A stretch of DNA of 64,000 nucleotides from Felis catus (lineage: Eukaryota): assembly GCF_018350175.1 (NCBI RefSeq), contig NC_058369.1, forward strand, positions 122,450,001 through 122,514,000. The letters are read 5' to 3'. Position numbers and translations under genes: made by a program. The first letter of the stretch is position 1. The number at the start of each line of letters is the position of its first letter. Positions 12,301-22,900 of the stretch are shown piece by piece. The notes beneath the pieces were generated by a model, which worked only from the letters and a program-made list of their open reading frames with translations, made no database searches and was not told where the DNA came from.

Positions 12301-15300
12301 TCCTTGGTACCTCCTTCTCTTTCACTGCATTAGTCAAGGTAGCCTAGACTTCTTGCTGCAGTAACAAAAAGCAAAAACCAACCAACTGAAAAAAAAAACC
12401 TGAAAGTTGCAGAGACTCAGCACACCAGTCTCGATTGCTTGCACACGTCATAGGCGGTGTGATTGGCAGAGGTGGGAGGTGGGGCTTGACTCTGCACAGT
12501 CGTTCAGAGATCTGGGTTCCTTCCATCTCAGGACACTGCCACCCTCAACGTGTGGCCTCCAAGGATGCTACAGAGAAGGGAGAGGGAGAGAAAGGGCGCG
12601 GACTATGTGAGGGGAGCCTTTGAGAGCAGTTCGTCACCTCCACATACTGTTGGTGAGAACTCAGCCGCATAATGTGGATGAGTGCACTTGCCAGCCATGT
12701 CTGGCCTGTCTGTCACCAAGCCCATCCGTTCTGCCTCCCAGCTCACCTACACAGAATGCCTTTCCATCTCCGCTGTCCTGGCTCCACATCAAGTCCCTCC
12801 GCCATCCCCTGGACTTCTGCCATATCCTAACAGACATGTCTCCATGTTTGATTTGCTGCTCTTGAAATGTATTACCTTCCCACGCAGCTGAATCAGACCA
12901 TGTGACTCCTTGTCTTAAAACGCATCTGTGGGAGGCAAAACAATGCCCCCACCAACGATGTCCACGTCGTGATCCCCAAAGCCTGTGAATGTATTACCTT
13001 ACATGGCAAAAGGAACTTGGCAGGTGTAATTAAGTTAGGGATCTTAAGATGGGGAGAGTTACCTGGATTATTCAGGTGGATCCAGTATAATCACAAGGGT
13101 CCTTATAAGGGAAGGAAGGAGGTGGGAGGGTCAGAGAAGGAGAGATTTGAGGATGCTTTGCTACTGGCTTTGAAGATGGTGAAAGGGGCCACAGGGCAAA
13201 GAATGTCTTGAATCTGGAAAAGACAAGGACATGGACTCACTCTAGAGCCTCCAGAAGAAACGCAGCCTTGCAGACATCTCCATTGTAGTCCAGTGACGCC
13301 TATATTGGACTTTCTGACCTCCGGAACCGTAAGAAATTGGGGCAGTTAGGTCACCGAGTCTGCTTTGTTGCAGTAGCATAGGAAAGTAATTCATCATCTG
13401 AGCCTTCTTAGCATTTAGCATAAAATGCAAAATGTTTGTCATGACCCCCAGACTATAAGCTCTGTGCAGGCAGAGACTAGGGCTGTTTTATTCACTCCTG
13501 TATTGCTCTGCAGCGTCTGACTCATAACAGACACAGAGTTTCTTGAATAAACGAGAGAATAAAAGGGAGGGTAAGGGGAGAATGCGAAGAAAAAAAAAGG
13601 GTAAAAGGAGGAGGGAGAAGAGAAGGAGAAAAGGTGTTTCGGTATCCCGAACAGATGGGGATAGAGAAGCTGGATATATTCTGTGGGGGTGGGAGGAAAA
13701 CGAGTTGCTGTCCTTACTTAGAGAAACTCAAGGCTCTTTCCAGAGCCCAGATCCTATTGTCCTCATCTCCCCAGAAAGGGTTTCTGGGGGGGATTCAGAG
13801 CAGGCCCCATCAGAGCCCACACCACCTCCCTCAGGGACGGGCTGAGAGGGGGAGCTGTAGAAGTGTGCATGGGCATTCTGGGAAGCCTTGATGTGGCCAC
13901 TGGAGTTTCCTCCTGCCCCCAGTGGGCAGAGGTCTGTGAGCTCCCGATGGGGTCAGGGACATGCTCCCCTAAAGGAGAACTGTGTCTCTATTCAGAGCAT
14001 TTCTGACATTGAATATGTGAGTTTTCCACACCAAGCAATTCCCCAGTTTTCTGTGGGCCCCAGATGGTCTCCCTACAATTTAATTCACTTCTGATACTAA
14101 CTACCTGGAGTTAGCATGGACCGTACTGGTTAAGGGTCTTAGTCTCAAGACTGCCCCCCACCCCACCCCTGCCACTTCACACACCAATTTTGCAAATCAT
14201 GAGTCCCCATGTTACACAATCTTCTGTCTGACTTGACTACAAATTGGGGGTTCCCATGACCCCCTTGTCAGGTTCAATAATTTGTGATAATGGCTCACAG
14301 AACTCAGGGAAACATGTTTACCAGTTTACTCTAAAGGATATAAATGAACAGCCAGACGAAGGGGTTCACAAAGTCCAGAAGGATCCCAGGCGCAGGAGCT
14401 TCTGTCCCTGTGCAGTTTGGGGTGCACCACCTTCCTAGTATGTGGATGTGTTCACCAATTGTTTAGGAACTCTTGGAACTCTTGGAACTCTTGGAACCCC
14501 ATTGTTTAGGGTTTTTATGGAAGTTCTGTAATGTAGGTATGATTGACTACACCCTTGGCCATTGGTGATTAGCCCCTCCTCCTCTGAGGTTGGNNNNNNN
14601 NNNNNNNNNNNNNNNNNNNNNNNNNNNNNNNNNNNNNNNNNNNNNNNNNNNNNNNNNNNNNNNNNNNNNNNNNNNNNNNNNNNNNNNNNNNNNNNNNNNN
14701 NNNNNNNNNNNNNNNNNNNNNNNTGAGGAAATTCCAAGGACTTAGGAGCTCTGCCTGGGACCTGGGACGAAGACCAAACATATAGTTCTTATTATATCAT
14801 GATATTACAGTCTTCTAAGGCCAGGTACTGGGATTGGGCCCAGTTTGTGGAGCGTGTCTGGCTCTGTCACTAAAATCGAGTTACGGATTTTAGTTCTAGT
14901 CTTTCCATCTGCCCTGACGCTGTAGGAATTGCTCCTAGGACCCTTAGTCCCTGGAGGGGAACCATGCTGGGAGCCTAAGGAGGCATGAGGAGGGCTTTGA
15001 TAGTGTGGCAGGCCACGGGGAAGGGTCGCACACCTTGGCAGATACCCCTTGGTAGATGTTTGTCGGGGCAGTGGGGCCAGGGAGGGCAGCCCTGGACTGA
15101 GAATGCATTTCCCACCATGCCTGTGCACCTCTGGCCTCCAACCTGGGGGTCCCCTTCTCCCCTCCTGGCACCTCTGCCTGAGCCCTCTATCCTTCCCTGC
15201 CCTTCAGCCCTCAGGACTATGCTCCCTCTATTGAAAGTGGCTTGAGGGGCGCATGGGTGGCTCCGTCAGTTAGGCATTCAACTCTCGATTTTGGCTGAGG

Positions 15301-15372
15301 TCATGATCTCTCGGGTTCGTGAGTTTGAGCCCTTCATTGGGCTCCTCGCACTGACAGTGCAGAGCCTGCTTG

Positions 15373-15414
<42 letters not shown>

Positions 15415-18400
15415 CCCCTCCTGCACATGCTCGCTGCCTATCAAAATAAATAAATAAACACACACACACAAAAAAAACAAAAAGAGAAATTAGAGTGGTC
15501 CGAGACCTTGGGAATGTCAGCTGGCAGTAGCAGCTGGCACTGCCAGGGCCTAATGTTCCACATTAAGGGAACATCTGTTGGCTGGGGCTTCTAGGGCACG
15601 GGCCAGACACAGCCACACTCCATAGCCATTCCACCATCAGCATGGACCGTGGCAGCCAAAGATGTGCTGTTGGGTCTCTTTCAAGGACATGATGTCATAA
15701 GCAGCCACATGCCGGCTGGATGTCCTGCTGTGAAGGGTGGACAGGAATCGGCGATCACTGGATATTATCGGTGGTCCCAGTGAGGCCTGGGACCCTGCTC
15801 CCCTCTGGCCCCAGTGTCCTTGTCTTCTTGGTTTGTTACCTTTCAGAGTTTTCTATGGTGCTTCCAGCTCCCAAGCTTGGTCATTCCAGGAGCAGGAGAC
15901 TATATGCCAACGTGACTGGGTGTGAATTCCAAAATAGTCAGATCTGAATTCTGAGAGACTGGGTTTTCTGCACTTGGAAGCTTTGGGTGCCTTCTTGTCC
16001 AAACGCCTCCTATAAGTCTGTCATGGGCCCCAACAGAGAGGCTGGGAGCACATGAGGCCAGTCCTAGACCCCCTGTCCCGGCTAGTGCCTGCCCAGGCAT
16101 CCTCTGTGACCTGTTGGTGGCACCCCACTGGCATTTCTCCTCACCTTACAGGGCTCTGCTGCTTCTCCCTGCCTGGGCCTGTCTCAGGGGAATGATTCTC
16201 AGGGACACCTAATTGAAATAATGAAATTAATGACAGTAACAACGGTGAACATGCATTGAGTGAGCCTGGAGTTCTAAGAGCTTTACATGTATGAACTCAT
16301 GAGTCGTCACAACAGCTCTGTGGGGTGGGACACTGTGGGTCACCCACTGGCTGTCTCTTATCTGGTAGAGAAGCCCTCTCCAAAGCCCTTATTTATAGAC
16401 CCCTCAGCAGGATGTGGGTCTCTTCCTGAAACTGTATTCTGCTGTCAGACCCCCCCCCCCGCCCCGCCCATGTAGCCACCTCTCTCCTCCACCTTTGTCC
16501 CCTTTTAGGAATTACATCACCACATGTACCTCTACTGCCCACCTGGTAAATGTGGGATTCCCTGGGGCTCCCTCCTCCATGCCCTTCTCACTTCATGCCC
16601 CTTCCCTGGGTGAACTGCCAGGGGAAAAGTGAGGGGAAAGTGAGGGCCGGGCCTTGGGGGCCATATTAAGGACTTGAGGTGGGGTGGGCTGTATGACCAG
16701 GCTGGATCTTCCTTTTGGAAAGATCACTGTCATAGCTGTGTGGGGTGGAGGAGACTATGGTCCCAATGAAAGGTAGGTTGCCCCTTAACTAGGTGGGGGT
16801 AGGGGGATGGAGAATAGGGCATGGATTCCACAAATATTTGGAAGTCAAACCAACAGGATACGGTGTTCAGTTAGACCTGGAACAAGGAGAAGGAGACACA
16901 GCAAGGGTGGTCTGTTACCGAAACCCAACTTCAGCTACCCTCTGCTCAAAAAGCCAATGCTCGAGAGATGAATTTTGATTGGAAAGGAATATAGGCTTTG
17001 TTCAGGAAGCTGGCCACTGGGGAGAAGGCAGCCTTGTCCAAAGGCCAACTCTGAGGTTTCTGCCTGGCCCAGAGATTTTTTTTATTTTTTAAATTAATTA
17101 ATTAATTTTAATGGTTATTCATTTTTGAGAGAGAGAAAATGAGCGGGGAGGGGCTGAGAGAGGGACAGAGGATCTGAGGCGGGCTCTGCACTGACAGCAG
17201 GGAGCCCCGTGTGGGGCTCGAACTCGCGGAACTGTGAGATCATGACCCGAGCCGAGGTCACACACTCAACCAGCTGAGCCTCCGAGGCAACCCCCCCACC
17301 CCCCCCCCCCACCAACAGGGATTTGTTTAAATGGGTATAGGGCAGTTAATCAGTTAAGGGAGTGCGGTGGTCTGTTACATTTCTTGATTACATGCCCACT
17401 CCATGGTGCCAGCTATAAAGACAACATTATGGTGCTCGGAGGTTGGCCAGGTTGGTGACATGCAGAAGGGCTCTGTTCTTTTCTAAGAAAGAATGCGTGA
17501 TCTACAGATTTACAAAGAGAGATTTAGCTAATTATGCGGGCTAAGGGTGCTTGCTAAAGTTTGAAGACGACTAGGTTAGCCAGAGGGTCAACCGAGGCGA
17601 CATCAAGTCTAGGTGTCTAGCTGGGGCTGAGACAGGAGATCAGGCTTTAGTAGGAGATGCTGAGTTGAGTCTTGGACATGCTGGGTTTGGATTGCCCCGG
17701 ACCCTTTATGCTGGGGATATCCAGCCACGGGAGGCTGCTTTCAGGGAGTGCAGGACTCGGGATGGGGAGGTTGTCTGTGTGTAGCTCTGTCCTTAAGTCC
17801 ATGAGCCAGTGGTCTTGTCCAGGGTGAGAGGGGAGAGGCCAGGGCCAGGGTGGCCACCAGCACCTGCATTCACACAGGGTCAGCAGGGCAAGCCCTGCCA
17901 GGGTGACGAGGTGGGCTGTGGGTGGCTGGTGGCCCAGGCCAGAGACATTTCAGTGGAGAGGGAGGTAGAGTCAGGAAAGGGTGGGGCATGAAGGGAGGTG
18001 AGAAAGCGGCCACAGGGAGTGCGGGAGCTGGAAGGAGAGAGAGGATGTGTGGTGGGCAGAGGGGCAGGAGGGTCTGCTGAGCCCCCAAATACTATCTGGT
18101 CGTCAAGTTCGTCATCTTTCTCTTGCTCCCAGCAGTGCATGTCCAGTGAGACCCAAATCTGGATGATTCCCAGACACCCCTCAGCCTGTCCTTGCTCCCT
18201 CCTCCCTTTCCAGCTCTCAGTATTTGCCTGAACTGGGCCTGTGTCCCCCCGCCCGCCCCCCGCCCCCTCCCCCCCCCCGCACTGCGTCCCTTCACAGTCC
18301 CGGGTTGTGGCCATGCAGGCCTCTGCCTGGATGCCTCTGCCCTCCTCCTTCAGGTGTCAGAGCCTTGCCATCTGGAAGGCAGGTGCGGCCCTGGAGCAGC

Positions 18401-19856
18401 ACCCTCTGGCCAGCCAGTTCCCAGCCACCCCCTTAGGGGCAGGGAAGGCCCACCAAGGAGGCCGAGCTGAAGCTGGCCCCCAGAGTGATAGTGGAGGCCT
18501 GGAGGACTGGGGGGAGCTGGTGCGGGATGACGGGAGGTTGCTGTAAAGACCCCCGGCCTCTCATGCTTACTGATCCCGCCCTGTCCTGTTGCTGCTCTGT
18601 TTCTCTCTTCCCTGCAGTCCTGCCAGCACCGTGGGGCTGTGGGAGATGCAAAGTCAGATGAGAGCTCCCTCCCCACCCCAGGAACTCCTAAATGTCCCAG
18701 CTCCTCTTTGAGGGGTGTTCAGGGATGAGGCTGAGCCCTGCCTCACACAGTAAGCCTCACCTTCCCTCCAGGAAACTCTTCCCTCCCACTGCAAGGGCCT
18801 GGCTCACGAGGGTGTATGTGTGCACATGTGAACCCCTGCACGTGTGCGTGTGTGTGGTGCATGTGCATGTGTGGGGCTGGGCCCCCCTCACCACGGCTCT
18901 CTTCCGCACAGGCTGCCCCGGGATGTGGGATAACCTCACGTGTTGGAAGCCTGCCCGTGTGGGGGAGATGGTCCTCGTCAGCTGCCCTGAACTCTTCCGA
19001 ATCTTCAACCCAGACCAAGGTGAGTTTCCCCCTGGGACCTCTTTAGGCCTCAATTGGTCTAGTCTGCTCCCCACACTTGGGCCCCCGACCTACCTGGGAC
19101 ACCCTGAAGGCCGATATTCCCCACTCCAGAGCTCCCATACTGGTGGGAGGGTGAAACCACAGACCCTGGTCCACACGGGGCCATGGAGGCACCTGCAGAC
19201 CGGGCCCCCAGGTCGATGTGGAGATGTGCCGTATGCGTGAGGCAATGTGCTCTCAGATGTGGGCTCCATCACTTACCCAAGTGGGGCCTGGAGCAAGGCA
19301 ATTCACCCCTCTGTCCCTAGGCTGTCAAATGGGAATGTGGCATAGTGACTGGGGAATCAGTGGAGGAACGCATGTGGTAGTCACTCAGTCCAGGCCTTGA
19401 CACATTTTAATGGTCAATAATGTTAGTTGGTGTTACTATCAATATACTTCATGCACGGATGCTCAGAGGCTCAGAGAGACACCCAGATATGGACACACAA
19501 CAAGACACCCTTAGGCAGCTGGATGTAAGACTCTCGCCCATGTCCACACTCACATACCCACTTAGATACTGGGTATGTTGTCACAAAGAGCTCAGTTTGG
19601 GACGTGTCTGTGTTTCAGGTCTTGGGGGGCCATTGATATGCTATGGAGATACTCAGGGGCCCCAGACCAATTTGAGAGTCCTAGGGGTGGGCAGTGGCTG
19701 AGTTGTATGACTCAAGACGTAGGGACAGGAGGGGTGCCTGGGTGGCTCAGTCGGTTAAGCATCCAACTCTTGATTTTGGCTCAGGTCATGATCTCACAGT
19801 TTGTGAATTTGAGCCCCATGTCGGGCTCTGCACTGACAATGTGGAGCCTTCTTGGG

Positions 19857-19903
<47 letters not shown>

Positions 19904-22900
19904 CCTCCCTGCCCCTACTCTGCTCACGCTGTCTCTGTCTCTCTCAAAATAAATAAACTTAAAAAAAAAAAAAGACGTAAGAACAGGAGGCAGAGGAGAG
20001 GGGGCAGTGCTCTGCCTAAAGGCACAAGGCCTTAATGACTACATCTCCAAGGGCAGGGGTCTGAGGAAAAGGGGATCATGCAGATCTCTTCTTTGGGGGT
20101 GAGTCCGCTGGGTTTTCCAGGCCAGTTCCCACCTTTCAGCTGGGACCTTGTAGATTCCTAAGAAAGGCTGCTGTCCAGCCAGTCCACACTGACTCTGGGA
20201 GGGGCCTATAGCCGGACCTTGGTCCTCACCCTACTCCTTGTGGCCATCAAGGGAAGCAGGGCACCAAGGTAGTAGGGGCAGGGAGAAGAAGCAGGGCTGG
20301 ACTCTAGGCACGTGATATCCTGAGAACTGGCCCACTGACTGCTGAGCCCTGGGTTGGAACCTTGTTTAGAGGAGGATGGAGGGATTAGAGGGATCTGAGT
20401 CACTTGTGTGGTCATGCACAGGACCTTGCCACCTGGCCCTCAGCTTCCTGTTTCACCTGCCTAAGGCTTAGGCCAATGTCCTTCTAGAACTGGAGAGTTC
20501 CAAGTTCCAGTCCACTAGGGAGTCTTGCCTACCTCTGTCCCCCATCCTGTCTGTGAGAGGCAGAGGCGTATTTTCTTTTACTCTTGGGACTTTTACTCTA
20601 CAATACCCCTGACCCTGCCCAGAGGGGAAGGGACTTGCAGAAGGTGGCAGTATGTTGGGGTGCAAGGCCCCATGCAAAGACCACGGAAGCAGGGTTTAGC
20701 TACAATGCCCCCCCTCCCCTCCCCCCCCCACTTCCCCTTGTGGAGCTTTCAGCCACACCTCCCACCTCCAGACCTGCCAGCCCAGGGGGAGGGTGGCAGT
20801 TGGGCTGTCTCATCCTGAAAACTGGGGGACTGGGCGTGACCCAGAGCAGGACAAGAAATGAATTTGAAAGAGGAGACAAACTCAGGAAGCGCTGGGGTGC
20901 GGGGTATCATGTGCATGGCGGGGCATCAGGTGTGGTGACCGCAGGTGACTCAGCCGCATCTCTGATGCATTCCTATGGAAACCGCCTTCATCACTTCCTC
21001 CGTGCACGTATTCCTCTCATTCACCATTTACTGTGTTTCTTACACATCCACTTTGAGTCAGGTACCATGGCAAGACTGCTGCTTTTCAACAACAAAAAAG
21101 GCAACATGAATCAGCAGTAAATTAAGATTTTAAGATTTAAGACCTTCGCACTATATCCCTCCCTCTGGCAATTGCACGATGAATGTGTTGTTTACACCTG
21201 ATTCTTAATGGCTCATTAAGGCAGGGCCTTTTAGCATCTCTGTTCACAAAGCTGGATCAGTGAGATTTGCCTTAAATACTTAGAAAGTTGAGAATGGCAT
21301 TTCTCCTCTTGTTTTGTGGTTTCCAAGGCTGAATCTGTTCGCTGTAGTAGTTGTTGCTTTGCAGGTTATTGAAGATACAAGAGCACTGATCTCTCTCCTC
21401 CTCTCATTTCTCCTTAACTGGGTCCCGTGTCTGGCCCACCCCTAGCCTGTAGTCCTCATGGCCTTGGGTCCCCAGCAGAGTCTGGGAGTAGGGAGCGGGA
21501 GAGGGAGGAAATCGACAGGACCCAGTGAGAGCAGACTCACCATTAGCCCCCTTGTTCACCTCTGTGTTGTCTCTCCTTCTCTGTTTCAGTGTGGGAGATG
21601 GAAACCATTGGTAAGAGGAACCTTGGAGAAGACAGGCTGCTGATCATCTATCTGTCCGTCTGTCCATCCAGCGAGAGCCCAGTTCTGACTGCTGGGAATG
21701 GGTGGGGGCGGAAGCAGAGGCTTATCAGAGACCAGGTTCTCCCCACACCAGCCACCTTTGGCCATCCGGGAGGTGGGGGACACAGGCAGATGGAAGGCAC
21801 AGGTGCCTTGGTGTTGGGTGCTCACGGGCTGATTTGGGAGTATGAGACACACTCATGGAGGGGTTGGAAAATGAGCCTACCCGTGTGCCCAAGCATACAT
21901 AGAGGCCTGAATGTGTGTGTGAGCCCACGTAGATACTGACATCCTTGGTGGCTGTGAAGTTGAAATGTAGGGCAGGCTTGAGCGCATGGGAGACCTCGCT
22001 ATGCAGCATGCAGCTGGGATAATGAGTAGGTCCGGAGAGGCTTCCTGGAGAGGGTGGCATGTCAGCTACGTGTTAAAAGCAGGACTTTGAGAAGTGGAAA
22101 GGAAACGAGGGTTCATTGCCAGCAGGGGATTCTTGATAAGAAAGGATGGAGGTGAGAATAAAGAGTCAGGAGAAAGAAAAAAAATGTCTGAGGATGAAGT
22201 CCTGGGCTCATCCAGGATGAGATAGGTTTGGGGCTGAGACGGAGGCTTGCAGACCAAAGAAGAGACCCAAGGCCGGGACCCATGTTGCTGCTCCTTGCCT
22301 TTTTCTGGAAAAGGGCCAGTCATCCTTTTCCATTCCCCTCCCAGTCCAGAGGCCCTCCCACCTTCCTGACAATATCCCGTTTCCACTTCCTGTTGCCCGG
22401 TGGGGAGAACTGAGTCATGGGCCATCATTAGCATCACGGAAATACAAAGCAAATGAGATTGATGCTAGAAGGCATGGTGTGTCAGAGCGGTGTGTGGTTG
22501 CCATGTGCGCTGAGGCCTTTTGGCCAAGACCCCACCTCTGTCGTCTGGACCAGGGATGGCCTTGGGCTACCAGGGTGGAGAGTATACCATGTATGGCTCC
22601 ACATGTGGATGGCTGTGTGTGCTGACTCATGCCCACTTTTGTGCTTTGCAGGAGAGTTCGATTTCCCTGACAGTAACTCCTTGGATCTCTCAGGTGAGGT
22701 TATGGGTAAGCTGGGGCCAACCAGGGGCTGGCTGGAGGGAGGGCACCTGCTGACGCGTGAGCTTGGGGGCCCCTATTCCAGGGCAGTCAGTGCCTTTCTG
22801 TGGCTGTGTGATCTTTGACGGGTCGCTCTCCTTCTCTGAAAAAGCTGTGAATTTTCTCCAGGGAAACTTGCACTCGTGTGCTCAGATAGAACATTGTGCA

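Larger units (their letters stand above)
11870..13560 (+). mobile_element. L2 3' region split by two MaLR LTR insertions
   Basis: L2-like pieces at about 11870-12330, 12650-12925 and 13395-13560 (ends gactataagctctgtgcaggcagagactag...gaataaacgagagaat). Confidence 0.6.

Noticed and set aside
14466-14497. 3.5 copies of GGAACTCTT
   Set aside because: Short slippage duplication inside an LTR; not CRISPR-like (no spacers)
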